A stretch of DNA of 64,000 nt from an uncultured Verrucomicrobiae bacterium (GTDB taxonomy: Bacteria > Verrucomicrobiota > Verrucomicrobiia > Palsa-1439): positions 288,001 through 352,000 of the forward strand of contig CAWEWF010000001.1 of the NCBI GenBank assembly GCA_963812605.1, written 5' to 3'. Below, one piece after another: positions 50,807 through 61,904 of this stretch. Below the pieces are notes generated by a model that worked only from the letters and a program-made list of their open reading frames with translations, had not been told where the DNA came from and ran no database searches. Positions within the stretch are counted from its first letter, which is position 1. Each line of letters starts with the position of its first letter. The position numbers and the translations under genes were made by a program.

Positions 50807-51480
50807 TCCGGTTCCGTCTTCAAGACGTACCCCAGCCCGTGCCGTGTATGGATGAGCGGAGCCGGGTTGGGCGCGCCGATTTTTTTACGCAACGAGCACA
50901 CGGCGGACTCAACCACATTGCTCATCGGATCCGCGCGGTCGTCGTAAATGTGCGATTCGATCTCGTCGCGGGTGACCACCTGGCCGGACCGGCGAGCGAG
51001 GTATTCCAAGAGTAAATACTCGCGGGGTTTTAACTTCACTGGCTGGCCGGCCCGGAACACTTCCTTGGCGATCGTGTCAATCTCGAGATCGTCGATGACG
51101 AGGCGGGTTTGCTTGCTGCCATAGGCGCGTCGGCAAAGGGCCTCGACGCGAGCGAGCAGCTCTTCCAAGGCGAACGGTTTGACGAGATAATCGTCAGCCC
51201 CAAGTTGGAGTCCCTGCACGCGGTCTTCCACGGTGTCCCTCGCAGTGAGGAGCAGGACGTGGGTTCCCTGGCCCTTCTGTCGGAGCCGCTGCAACAAGGA
51301 GAGCCCATCGAGTTTCGGGAGCATGATATCCAGCACGATTACGTCGTAGTCGTTTGATTCCGCCTGCCAGAGTCCCTCTTCGCCGTTGCCGACGACATCA
51401 ACGGCATAGCCAGCCTTGCGCAAGGCGCGGCCCACGGACATCTGAAGCCGCGCGGAATCCTCGACAAGCAGCACCTTCAT
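50803..51480 (-). CDS. OmpR-family response regulator
   Basis: VLLVED, LDIMLP, GADDYLVKPF, HTRHGLGY. Confidence 0.95.
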   Translation of the reverse strand: MKVLLVEDSARLQMSVGRALRKAGYAVDVVGNGEEGLWQAESNDYDVIVLDIMLPKLDGLSLLQRLRQKGQGTHVLLLTARDTVEDRVQGLQLGADDYLVKPFALEELLARVEALCRRAYGSKQTRLVIDDLEIDTIAKEVFRAGQPVKLKPREYLLLEYLARRSGQVVTRDEIESHIYDDRADPMSNVVESAVCSLRKKIGAPNPAPLIHTRHGLGYVLKTEPE

Positions 51481-51567
51481 GGCGACATCTTACCAAAAAG
51501 GACAAGGTTCTGAGGCGTCCTTCTCGCCCCAGAACCTGTCCGGAATGTGCGGCCTGATCCGCGGGGT

Positions 51568-52086
51568 TTAATCCTTGTTGCCGTGCTCCTCGTTTTTTTC
51601 CTGATCTTCGTCTTCCTCGATTTTGCCGTCGGCGGAGATATCGGCTTCCTTCTTTTTTCCATTGATGGTCACGGAAACCTCGTACGACTTCTTGCTGCCC
51701 GCGGTTTCTTCGGTGATTTCGTTGACGGCGCCGTTGTCGGCCAATTTCTTTGCGGCGGCCTGGACGGCACCGGGGGCGTCGTTCAGGGCGATATCCTTCT
51801 CGGTTTGTTTTACGGTCCCGTTCGGGAGCACTTCAACGGCGTTTTTGACGCCCGCGATTTTGACGGTAGCCTCATACACGTCCGTGTTGTCTTCCGATTC
51901 CTTCGTGATCTTCTCGATGGGGTTGCTTCCCGCGAATTGCTTGATCGCCGCCTGCACAGCGGCGGGGACGTCCGTAATGGCCAATGTTGTCTTTGTTTTT
52001 TCTGATTCGTCGGCGGACGCCCTGATGGCGAGACCCGCGGCAAAGGCGAGAGCTGCGATTCCTGAAGCGATGTACCTGAGTTGCAT
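51568..52086 (-). CDS. Periplasmic PepSY-like repeat protein
   Basis: Signal peptide; two repeats (DVPAAVQAA..YEATV / DAPGAVQAA..YEVSV); upstream of the RR-HK pair. Confidence 0.7.
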   Translation of the reverse strand: MQLRYIASGIAALAFAAGLAIRASADESEKTKTTLAITDVPAAVQAAIKQFAGSNPIEKITKESEDNTDVYEATVKIAGVKNAVEVLPNGTVKQTEKDIALNDAPGAVQAAAKKLADNGAVNEITEETAGSKKSYEVSVTINGKKKEADISADGKIEEDEDQEKNEEHGNKD

Positions 52087-52289
52087 GTTGAAATGATCTC
52101 CTATTTGGAATAGCTGAGTTTCGCGGCTGAACCGCGAGCTGGCACCCTGGCCAACTACGGGGCAGACTGCCACAGATGAGATTACCGGAAGGTTACGGAG
52201 AGAAAGATCTTCTGAGTCTTGTGGGGTAGGTTGCAGAGGAAGGCTTCATTTCCGACGCGCCATGGAGTATCACTTTGCAAGGTGGGCCG

Positions 52290-52775
52290 ATGAGCAATCA
52301 GTGGATATTGGTGGATGGGTATAGTGTGCTGCATGCGTGGCCGCGGTTTGCCACGCGGAAGGCGCGACAGTTGTCGCTGCAGCAACGGCGGGAAATGCTG
52401 GTGGGGGTCTTGCGGCAGTACGCGGACCACAGCCGGCGGCGCGTGACGGTAGTATTCGATGCCTATGCGGCGAAACACAAGGCCGAGGGGAAGGAGCCCA
52501 CGCACGGGGTCGAAGTTTTATTTTCGGAGCGCGGCAAGACCGCCGATGACGTGATTGAACGGCTGGTGGGTCAGACCGCGGACAAGGGGAAAATCCTGGT
52601 GGTGACATCGGATAATGCGGAGCGGCAGACGGTGGAGGCCATGGGGGCGCATACGACGTCGGCGGAAGTCTTCGAGGCGGATGTGGAGGCGGTCTTACGG
52701 GAACTGGCGGGGATGGTGCGATTACATACACGGCGGCGGTCGATTGGCCCGCGGCAGGGCGATTGGGAGGCATAA
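52290..52775 (+). CDS. NYN-domain (YacP/Rae1-like) ribonuclease
   Basis: ILVDGYS, VVFDA, TADDVIE, VVTSD. Confidence 0.87.
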   Translation: MSNQWILVDGYSVLHAWPRFATRKARQLSLQQRREMLVGVLRQYADHSRRRVTVVFDAYAAKHKAEGKEPTHGVEVLFSERGKTADDVIERLVGQTADKGKILVVTSDNAERQTVEAMGAHTTSAEVFEADVEAVLRELAGMVRLHTRRRSIGPRQGDWEA

Positions 52776-52873
52776 GTAATTCACCCTGAAGGCGTGGTTG
52801 ACACGGAAGCCGAAATCTGGCTAGGATGTCGCGTGCTTTTCTGGAGAAGATTCTGGACGGAGGAAGCCGCGTT

Positions 52874-53651
52874 ATGAATAAACTTGGAAAAATCGCCCCT
52901 ATCATTGCCATTCTCGCTTGTCTCGGATCGCTCTTTTTTGCCTACCAGCTTTCCGTCGACAAGAAAAACAAGCAGGCCCAGATCGCCGACTTGAACGACA
53001 AGGTGAACACGGCGAACGCCGATCTCGCGAAGACCAAGTCGGCGCTCAAGCTGGCGCAGAACGACCTGACGCAAAGCAAGAACGACCTGGCCAAGGCCTC
53101 CGCGGATCTTCAGGCCACCAAAGTCGCGCTCGACCAGAAGACGCAGGAAGCTGACGGCTTGAAGACGCAAATGGCGGACAAGGACCAACAATTGCAGACA
53201 GCGAAAACGGATTTGGCGATCGGCGCAGGATACGCTGAAGAAGATTACCGGATGGGTTGAAGAAAGTCGGGTATTGAGGACATCGACAATATTGGCAAGC
53301 TCAGCGACAAGGTCGTCGTCCCTGGGGGATGAGAATAAGGTTCTGGGCCAGGAGCTTTCAACGTTGCACGCGGAAAACCAGCAACTGAAGGACAAGGTGG
53401 AATACCTGACCACGACGCCCGTCGGATTGCGCGGCCATGTCACCGTGGTACAGGAGAAATGGGGCTTCCTCGTGCTCGATATCGGCCAGGCGCAGCGCGT
53501 CCAGCCGAACGCGGAGTTCCTCGTGTACCGCGACACCAAGTTGGTCGGCAAAGTGCAAATTGTTTCCGTTGCGGCCAACAACAGCATCGCCCAGATTTTG
53601 CCGGAATACCAACGCAGCACCCCTGCCGTGGGCGACCTCATCATCCACTAA
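52874..53651 (+). CDS. Membrane-anchored coiled-coil protein with C-terminal beta domain (frameshifts ~53220-53320)
   Basis: TTGACA-18-TAGGAT promoter at 52798; N-terminal TM, long heptads, GHVTVVQEKWGFLVLDIG. Confidence 0.6.
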
Positions 53652-53667
53652 GCGAGACGGAAATTCG

Positions 53668-53847
53668 GTGAATGCGATCCGAAGCGTTTTCCTCAAGGCA
53701 CTGTTGGCAGGCGCTGTGGTGTTCTTGAGTGGATGCGCCACTTCGCAACCGGACAATGTCAGCTCGATTCCCTGGAATCGGCCACAGGATTGGGAAGGCG
53801 GCGGCGCGATGGGTGGATTCCGGCCGCCGGGCACGCCCGGCTATTGA
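53668..53847 (+). CDS. Small lipoprotein (59 aa)
   Basis: GTG start, lipobox LSGC, SSIPWNRPQDWEG. Confidence 0.6.
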   Translation: MNAIRSVFLKALLAGAVVFLSGCATSQPDNVSSIPWNRPQDWEGGGAMGGFRPPGTPGY

Positions 53848-53883
53848 ATTCTCGAGCCGGTCCGTGCTTTTTCCGCAGCGCGA

Positions 53884-54896
53884 TTACACCAGCAGTTCCG
53901 CGATTTGCACCGCGTTGAGCGCGGCCCCCTTTAGCAATTGATCGCCGCTGACGAACAGTTCGATTCCCCGTCCGTCATCGCGCGACACGTCCTGCCGGAT
54001 CCGGCCCACGAGACAGTCGTACATTCCCGAGGCATCGATCGGCATTGGATATTTCTTGTTGGCGGGATCGTCCACGACCTTGAGGCCCGGCGCTTTGGAC
54101 AGGATGGCGCGCGCCTCGGCGGGGGTGATGGGCCGCTCGAACTCGATGTTCACCGACTCGCTGTGGGCGCGATAGACCGGCACGCGCACGCAGGTGGCGC
54201 TGATCTGCAAGGTCGGATGATGCATGATTTTGCGCGACTCGTTGACGAATTTCATTTCCTCTTTGGTGTAACCGTTATCGAGGAACACGTCGACTTGCGG
54301 GAAAGATATTGAACGCGATGCGCTGCGGCAAGCGCCTCGATTGTGATGTCCTTTTGGCCGTGCAGAAGCATGTGAGTCTGCTCTTCCAATTCAGTCATGG
54401 CTTTCGCGCCCGCGCCGCTGGCGGCCTGGTAGGTGGAAACGACGACCCGTTTGACCGGATTGGCCTTGTGTAACGGGTAAAGGGCGACCAGCAGGATCGC
54501 GGTCGAGCAGTTGGGATTGGCGATGATTCCCTTGTGGAGCTTCGCGTCTTCGGGGTTCACTTCAGGGACGACCAGCGGCACATCGGGTTCCATGCGGAAC
54601 GCCGAAGAATTGTCGATGACCACCGCACCCTGTTTGGCGGCGCCGTGGGCGAATTCCTTGGAGCGCGACGCACCGGCGCTGAACAACGCGAAATCGATGC
54701 CCTGGAAAATGCCGGCCTTGAGCAATTCGACGCCGATGTCCGCGCCTTGGAACTTCAGTTTCTTGCCGACGCTGCGTTCCGACGCGAACAAGCGCAGGTT
54801 TTTGACCGGAAACCCGCGTTTCTCCAAAGTCTCGATCATCTCGACGCCGACCGCCCCGGTCGCGCCGACCACGGCTATGTTATATCCTTTGCTCAT
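53884..54896 (-). CDS. asd: Aspartate-semialdehyde dehydrogenase (frameshifts ~54290-54330)
   Basis: [49 protein letters not shown]. Confidence 0.93.
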
Positions 54897-54995
54897 AAAA
54901 TGCCCGAAGTGTGAACCGCACAGTATATTCGCTACGCCAATTCAGCGCAAGTCCCAGCGCTTGCGGAATTTCTGCCTGCGACGTAATATACTGGC

Positions 54996-55195
54996 GTGAC
55001 TGCCGCCAAAATCATTGAGGAAATCAAGCTTCTCCCTGCAGAAGGAACATGGTGAAGTAATTGTGTTTACTGTTGCCGATTCGCCAGGGAGAAAGAGCAG
55101 GAATTGCGCTATGCGAATGACGCTGATCTCCAACAGGCGGTGGACGACATTTTCACCGAAGCACGACTGATCTAATGCGCAAATTGGCGTCGTGA
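54996..55195 (+). pseudogene. Small antitoxin-like gene, broken by indels (decay or read errors)
   Basis: TTGCGG-17-TAATAT then GTG; fragments MTAAKIIEEIKLLP...RYANDADLQQAVDDIFTE..LMRKLAS*. Confidence 0.4.
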
Positions 55196-55199
55196 GCGA

Positions 55200-55472
55200 G
55201 CCAAGTTGACCTTCGCGTACCGAACAGAGCTCGACGTCGTTTCCGTCGCCAGGGACTCGACTCAATCGATGGCACGAAGGCGCCCGGGATCAATGATGCC
55301 AATGGCGGCGTTGGGTACCTGTGGCGTCTGGCGAGCAAGGGGAACTGCGAGGAAATTCTCGGTCTACGTCCATCGGTATGCGCAGAACATAGCAACGTTC
55401 CCGTCGGCAAAGCGGCGTTGCCGCTCGTCACGGCGCCTTGGTCTTCAGTGCTTTAGCGGCTAAAGTAGTCAT
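55200..55472 (-). pseudogene. DUF2442-like protein, heavily frameshifted (end approximate)
   Basis: MTTLAAK start overlaps the DUF4160 end; fragments DGR, FPLLA, ATGTQRRHW match the DGR..FPRL..AT..QR..W pattern. Confidence 0.5.
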
Positions 55473-55684
55473 GCCATGCTTTCAAAAGTCGTGGCCGCTT
55501 GTCTCAGCGAGTCGCATAATTCGATTCAACTCAGGGCGATTATAGCCGTAATGAATTCGACTGCAACGGGCGTCAGCCAGATTTTGGCAACATTCTCGCC
55601 TTTAATCACATGAACATGCGGTGGCTCAACCCGATCTGAAGAGTAGAACCGAAATTTATATCCCTCAATGAAGATCGTGGGCAT
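55453..55684 (-). CDS. DUF4160-family protein (two apparent frameshifts; absent from ORF track)
   Basis: Hand-translated MPTIFIEGYKFRFYSSDRVEPPHVHVIKGENVAKIWL..YGYNRPELNRI..LLKAWHDYFSR*. Confidence 0.8.
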
Positions 55685-55688
55685 TCAG

Positions 55689-56747
55689 CTACACCGCGGC
55701 CGCGACCAGATCGCCGACTTCCCTGGTGCCGTGGCCCATTTTGCCGGCGGCGAGGGTCTTTAATTTTTCGCGGACGGTTTTGATGACGGCGTTTTCGATG
55801 GCGGCGGCGGCTTTGGTTTCGCCAAGGAAATCGAGCATCAGGCCGCCGGCGCAGATGGCGGCGAGCGGGTTGATGACGTTTTTGCCGGTGTACTTCGGGG
55901 CGCTGCCGCCGATGGGCTCGAACATGCTGGTGCCCTGCGGATTGATGTTGCCGCCGGCGGCGATGCCCATGCCGCCCTGGATCATCGCGCCGAGGTCGGT
56001 GATGATGTCGCCGAACATGTTGTCGGTGACGATCACGTCGAACCACTCGGGGTTTTTCACGAACCACATCGTCGTGGCGTCCACGTGCGCGTAATCGCGG
56101 GTGATCTCGGGATAATCCTTCTGGCCGATCTCGTGGAAGGCGCGTTCCCAGAGGTCGAAGGCGTAAGTCAGCACGTTGGTCTTGCCGCAGAGCGTCAGTT
56201 TTTTGTCCTTGTTGCGTTTGCGGGTGTAGTCGAAGGCGTAGCGCAGGCAGCGCTCGACGCCGCGGCGGGTGTTGATGCTTTCCTGGACGGCGATCTCGTG
56301 GGGCGTGCCCTTGAAGACGAAGCCGCCGCTGCCGGTGTAGAGGCCCTCGTTGTTCTCGCGGACGACGACGAAATCGATTTCCTTCGGGCCCTTGTCCTTC
56401 AACGGGCAGAAGCGTTCGTCGTAGAGTTTCACGGGGCGGAGATTGATGTACTGTTCCAGCTCGAAACGCAGGCGCAAGAGGATGCCTTTTTCCAGGATGC
56501 CCGGTTTCACGTCGGGATGGCCGATGGCGCCGAGGAGGACGACGGGAAATTTGCGCAGTTCGTCGACGGCGCTGTCCGGCAGGACTTCCTTGGTGCGCAG
56601 GTAGCGGTCGCCGCCGAAATCGAAATGGGTGTAGTTCAGCTTCAGCCCGAATTTCTTCGACGCCACATCGAGGACCTTGATCGCCTCGCGGACGACTTCC
56701 GGCCCCGTGCCGTCACCGCCAATGACCGCAACATTATAAGATTTCAT
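55689..56747 (-). CDS. leuB: 3-isopropylmalate dehydrogenase
   Basis: GGDGTGPEV, LLGAIG, NLRPVKL, VVRENNEG, TDNMFGDIITD, FEPIGGSAP. Confidence 0.88.
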   Translation of the reverse strand: MKSYNVAVIGGDGTGPEVVREAIKVLDVASKKFGLKLNYTHFDFGGDRYLRTKEVLPDSAVDELRKFPVVLLGAIGHPDVKPGILEKGILLRLRFELEQYINLRPVKLYDERFCPLKDKGPKEIDFVVVRENNEGLYTGSGGFVFKGTPHEIAVQESINTRRGVERCLRYAFDYTRKRNKDKKLTLCGKTNVLTYAFDLWERAFHEIGQKDYPEITRDYAHVDATTMWFVKNPEWFDVIVTDNMFGDIITDLGAMIQGGMGIAAGGNINPQGTSMFEPIGGSAPKYTGKNVINPLAAICAGGLMLDFLGETKAAAAIENAVIKTVREKLKTLAAGKMGHGTREVGDLVAAAV

Positions 56748-56866
56748 CGGATACCCTTTCGCGAAAACCCGACCGTGTGGGCGGGGAGCGAGATTCTAAG
56801 GCTTGCGAGGGAGAGTTGCAAATGAATTTTGGTGACGGTTTTTTTCGCGGTGCAAGCCCGCGAGAG

Positions 56867-58847
56867 TCACGGCCCTCCCTGCAATCGTGCGAGCGCTTTT
56901 GTGGCGGGAACAAAGTCCGGGTGGAGTTTCAGGGCCTGCTCGTATTGCTCGGTCGCCTCCGGCGTGCGGCCCATCTTTTCCAGGGCGAGCCCCAGATTGT
57001 AATGGGCCTCGGCGTAATCGGGACGGAGTTGCAGCGCTTTCTCGTAGTGCACAACGGCATCCTCGCGCTTCCCCAGTCGGATCAAGGCGGCGCCCAGATT
57101 ATTGTGTGCTTCGGCGGAGGCGGGTTTGATCCGCAATACCTGCTCGAAATGCGCGATGGCTTCCTGCAGTTTGCCCGATGCGAGCAGGGCCTTTCCCAAG
57201 TTGTTGTGTGCCGCGGCGTAGTCGGGATCAATTCGCAGGGCCTGTTCGTAATGTTCGATCGCGTCTGGGAGCTTCCCCGTTTGGAGGAGCGCGTTTCCCA
57301 TGTCGTAGTGGGCCTCGGCGTAATCAGGCGTGCTCCGCAGCGCCTGCTGATACTGGGCCATGGCCTCCGCGAATCTTGCCCGTTTGCAGCAAGGCGATCC
57401 CCAGGTTGCAGTGCGCTCCGGGGAAGTCGGGATTGATCCGCAGGGCTTGCTCGTACTGTTGGATTGCCTCCGGCAGCTTGCCCTCCCGGAACAAAACAAC
57501 ACCGAGATTGCTGTGGGCCTCGGCGTAATCGGGATTTATTTGCAGCGTCTGCTCGTATTGGTCGATGGCCTCGGCGAATCTACCAGCTTTCGACAGTGCA
57601 TCCCCGAGGTTGCTGTGCGCCAACCAGGCAGACGGATTTTTCGCCACGTTGTCACGCCACAGTGTTTCCTCATTTGCGTAGACACCGCTGCGTCTCCACG
57701 TGGCGGTTCCCAGCAACATCAAAGCGACGCTACTCACGACGATTGCAATCGACCGACCTTGTTCGCCGATGCGGAAGCAAATTCTCTCCCCACCGGCCAC
57801 GACCAAGGCGATGACGCCGATGATCGAGAAGTATTGCCAGTGATCCGCCACCCACGAGTACCGATGAAAGGTTTGATTAAAGAATCCCAACACCGGGAAG
57901 AGCATCACCACAAAATATCCCAGCCCGAAGAACCACGGCCGTCCCCACGTTTTGCGTTTCCACCAGAACACCACCAGACAACCTAGCAAGATCATTCCCG
58001 GCACGTACGATACCCAGGACGAGGTATCAATCACCCACTTTGGATAAATCACGGTCAGGTCAACCGGCAGCAACGCCTTGGACAGATAAAACCAGGGCAC
58101 CCAACCTGCGGCAGCCACGCGCGAGAGAAAACCGTCCGTCCGGTTCGCGTGTCCTCCCAGACCATGGTCATGCTGAAACCAAACGGTTGCCAACCCGAAA
58201 GCCAGTGAAAGAACAAAGAAGGGCAGACTGGTTAAGAAGTCTTTCCATCGCACCTTGGCCCGCAACCACCAGACACAGATCGATAGTGCAACCGGTAACA
58301 TGACAACCGCGCTCTTGCTAAGCAGTGCCAGCAGGAACATCGATAATGAGAGGCCATACCAGCGCCAGCGACTCGTTCCATCAAACCGCAAGTAGCAAAG
58401 GATCGTCAGAGCGTAGAAGAACATCGAGAGAGTGTTCTTTTGCTCGCTGATCCAGGCAACCGTGGCGACGTTCACCGGATGAATGGCGAATACAAGTCCC
58501 GCCACCCAGGCGCCGGGAATCTTGAGGCGTCGCAAGATCAGCCACACCAGGACGGCGTTGACGGCGTGTAACAATACATTGACGATGTGGTAGCCCATCG
58601 GGTTGGCACCCCACGACCGCCACTCCAGCCACCACAGCGTGTATGTAAGCGGCAGGTATTCCCCCGCTTCCGTCGTAAACCAGAACTGATGCAAGCCGTC
58701 GGTGGCGTGGATCAACCGATTGTGGACGATCAGGCTATCATCGTCGAAGACAAAGCCCCCGCGCAGCGCCGGAAAGTAAGCCACGAATGTAAAGACCATC
58801 AGGATCACGGCCAACAGCCAGGGACGCTGGATCAAGCGGGCTTTCAT
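56867..58847 (-). CDS. TMTC-like multi-TM glycosyltransferase-fold protein with C-terminal TPRs (frameshift ~57365)
   Basis: GFVFDDD, YLPLT, YHIVNVLLH, FAIHPVNVATVAWISE, ALLSKS, ADHWQY, multiple AEAHxNLG TPRs. Confidence 0.85.
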
Positions 58848-58989
58848 TGACGGAGACGACACAACCATTTGCTGTCCATGAGGCTTATCGATGCGTACTC
58901 ATCCTAGCAGGGCGTCACCGACAGGTAAACAAGAAGAGCCGGCCTCGCCTGGAGCTACTGCGAACGACTTTTATAGGACGCCCCTTACA

Positions 58990-59233
58990 TATCGTAAATT
59001 GATAATTTTACTGGACACAAGGGTTTGGCAGGGATATATTCCGGGCGGTTCTTTGACAGCTCGACGCTCCTTGCTAGAGCCTCCCAGTGATGCAGCCTTG
59101 AGGGAAGGAAGAATCGAAAAAACATGTGTTTCTGCGAAACGAACCCGATTTGTCATCGTGTAGTTACATGCGGATGTATCAGGGCTGCAAATAGGTGTGA
59201 CCAGCAGATGGATTTTTCCAATCCGGTTCGTTT
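58990..59233 (+). repeat. Dispersed non-coding element, copy 2
   Basis: TATCGTAAATTGATA, TGGACA-17-TATATT, 28-bp core 59118-59145 identical to 10425-10452, inverted arm 59219-59233. Confidence 0.75.
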
Positions 59234-59306
59234 GGCGAGAAATGACGGACCGCGCGCGACGTTCGCGGCTACAACAGAAGATCGGAAAACGGGCGGGACG
59301 CCCATT

Positions 59307-60624
59307 CTACTGGGGAAGTTCGCGCCAATTCAGGCGTCGGATATTTTCGCAGTGGTCCTGGGTGAAGGAATTTGTTTGGGCGGCGAGCCTTACGTTTTTG
59401 AAGGTGATATTTTTGGCGTAACTACAAGTGACGCCGTTGGTGCCGGAAAGGTCGAGATCGGTAAGCGTGACGTTTTGGATGGGGCATTCTTCGAGGCCTT
59501 CGATGGCGCAGCACTTGCCGGAGTTGCGGGCGGTGACGTGGTCGACATGGATGTCGCGAAAGAGTGGGGTGCGGTCGGAGAACGGCTCAATGGGGGTTTT
59601 GGTGTAACGCAGGGAGAAGATGATGGCGTTGCGGACATTGTTGAGGCGAATGTGAGAGGCGACGATGTCCTCGACGATGCCGCCGCGGCCGCGGGTACTT
59701 TTGATGCGGATGCCGTTGTCGGTGCCGTCGCCGTCGCAGTCAAGGAAGCGAACGTGACGGACGCCGCCGGATTCTTCGCTGCCAATGGCGCAGACGCTGT
59801 GGGCGTGGGCGACGTGGCAGCGGATGTAGGTGACATATTCGGTCGGGCGATTCATTTTGCGGCCTTCTTCGTCGCGGCCGGACTTGATGCCGAAACCGTC
59901 ATCGCCGACATCGGCGAAGCAATCATGGACGACCACGTGGCGGCAGGAGTCGGTGTTGAGGGCGTCGGTGTTGGGAGAAGTGGGCGGGTTGATCATTCTG
60001 CAATTACCCACGTCAATGTGCTCGCTGTAGAGCAGGTGAACGGCCCAGAAGGGGGAATTGATGAAACTGGGGCCATTGATGCGGACATCGGTGCAGTCTT
60101 TGATTTGCAACAGCATCGGGCGGCGACGAATGGGGCGATTGGGGCGGGCGTTACCGTGCTCGGCCATGTCCATGGTGGCCCACCAGGCCGAGCCCTGTCC
60201 GTCGAAGGTACCGGGGCCGGTGATGGCGATGTGGTGAAGGCCGTTGGCGAAGATGAGGGGGTGAGGGCCATTTTCAGTGAGACCTTCCCAACGCGAGGTG
60301 ATGTCGGGGTATTTCGCGCGGTCGGTTTCGAAGAGCACGACGGCGCCGCTGGCGACATAAGGGTCATGTTGTCCACCATGTCGATGGGGCCGGTGAGTGA
60401 AACTGCCAGCAGGGACGCGGACGATACCGCCGCCGGCTGATGGCAGGCGGCGATGGCCTGACGAAAGGCGTCGGCGTGGAGTCATTGGACATCGAGGGCA
60501 CTATAGTCAGTGATATTGAAAACGGGGCTGGAGGGCGGTCGTGAAACTGCGACCGTATTCTTGCCAGTGGCACAACTCATGAGAAGAGCGCATGGAAGAG
60601 AAGCAGATGAGCCGATTTTAGCAT
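59307..60624 (-). CDS. GH28 polygalacturonase-family lipoprotein (N-terminus frameshifted)
   Basis: LLMSC lipobox-like, FNITDY, PNTDAL, GDDGFGIKSG, IGSEESGG, GIRIKS. Confidence 0.85.
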
Positions 60625-61829
60625 GGGCGTAAAGTAGTCGACATGACGCGGCTTCCTGTTTCCGCGGACAGATAGGCCGCGTAGATTACGTTCACGCATT
60701 CCACGGCGAGATCGATGCCCGAGCGCGGTTCACGGCCTTCGTGAATCGCGCTGACGAAATCCGCGATCTCCTGGGAGAATCCGCGGAACCAGTCTTCATC
60801 ACAACTCGGGCGATTCCAGCCGGCCTTCGTCTCGAGTTTTTCTGTGAAATATTCGCTGTGAAACACCGATGGATCGGGCGCGTAGGTTTCGATCGCGTCG
60901 TTGGAGGTCATGTTCGCTTTGATCACGCCGTCGGTCATGAAGGCAGTGACGCGTGTGTTCAAGCCGCCGAGCCCGACATCGCTAACGATCACGGTGGCGC
61001 GCGAACCATCTTCAAAGGCGATGACGAGATTGGCCCAATTTTCCACGTCGACGGGATTGGCGCTGATCCATTGATTCGCGCCTGCCTCACGAGCGCGCGT
61101 GGAAGCGCTGCTGTGGATCAGGTCGGCGGTGTCGGCGAGCACGGAGACGGGTCGAACGCCTTTGCCCAACCGCAACCGACCCTCCCATTGTTTCAGGTGC
61201 AGGCAGGCGCCCACCGAATGCACGCCCATGCGCAGCAACGCACCACCACCAGTCGATTTCCAATCCCGCGAGAAGACCGAGTTGGAGCCCGAGTGGTTTT
61301 CCTCGGCGCGCAATTCGAGGATCGCGCCTTTCGAAGCGGCAATCAGGCGCCGCATTTTCTCGATTGGCGGCGCGTAAATCCAGTTTTCCGCATAGCAGAA
61401 TGTGATGCCATTACGGCGCACGGCTTCGCGCACGGCGGCGGCGTTGCTTCGCGCTCCTTCGCGCATGCGGGTTCGCGGTACATGCGTCCCGATTGGTTCG
61501 GGATCACCAGCGGCTCCGAAATACCCGGTGAGCGGCTTCTCCATAATGATGTGTTTGCCGGCGTTGGCCGCGCGGATGGCGAATTCATGATGCAACGCCG
61601 GCGGCGCGCAGATATCCACGACGTCGATGTCCTTCCGGGCCAGGAGCGAATTGTAGTCGTTGGTGACGAATGCAATCTGCCCTTCCCGCGCGAAAGCGTC
61701 GCCGCTTTCTTTTGTTCGGGAGCAAACTCCCCGGAGCTCCATGAGGTCCCGGGGCAGTTTGGCGTAATTGGCGAAATGCATCCGCGCTCCGAAGCGCGCA
61801 CCGACAATACCGATACCCAAAGTCTTCAT
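60618..61829 (-). CDS. Gfo/Idh/MocA-family oxidoreductase
   Basis: IGIVGA Rossmann start, GKHIIMEKP, GGGALLRMGVH. Confidence 0.9.
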   Translation of the reverse strand: MKTLGIGIVGARFGARMHFANYAKLPRDLMELRGVCSRTKESGDAFAREGQIAFVTNDYNSLLARKDIDVVDICAPPALHHEFAIRAANAGKHIIMEKPLTGYFGAAGDPEPIGTHVPRTRMREGARSNAAAVREAVRRNGITFCYAENWIYAPPIEKMRRLIAASKGAILELRAEENHSGSNSVFSRDWKSTGGGALLRMGVHSVGACLHLKQWEGRLRLGKGVRPVSVLADTADLIHSSASTRAREAGANQWISANPVDVENWANLVIAFEDGSRATVIVSDVGLGGLNTRVTAFMTDGVIKANMTSNDAIETYAPDPSVFHSEYFTEKLETKAGWNRPSCDEDWFRGFSQEIADFVSAIHEGREPRSGIDLAVECVNVIYAAYLSAETGSRVMSTTLRPC

Positions 61830-61904
61830 CTGACATTTCTCATAGGGTTGCGGTCGCCATTGTATCCCGTCTCTTGTTGGCGACAAGCCGATATGGAGCC
61901 GATG

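Noticed and set aside
51505-52220. OmpR-type direct-repeat boxes upstream of the response regulator and PepSY-like gene
   Set aside because: Similarity between 51505-51546 and 52181-52220 is loose and in opposite orientation; not supportable.
55192-55470. Full Doc/Fic toxin on the plus strand after the GTGA junction
   Set aside because: No intact HxFxDGNKR motif; the minus strand explains the region better as DUF2442-like.
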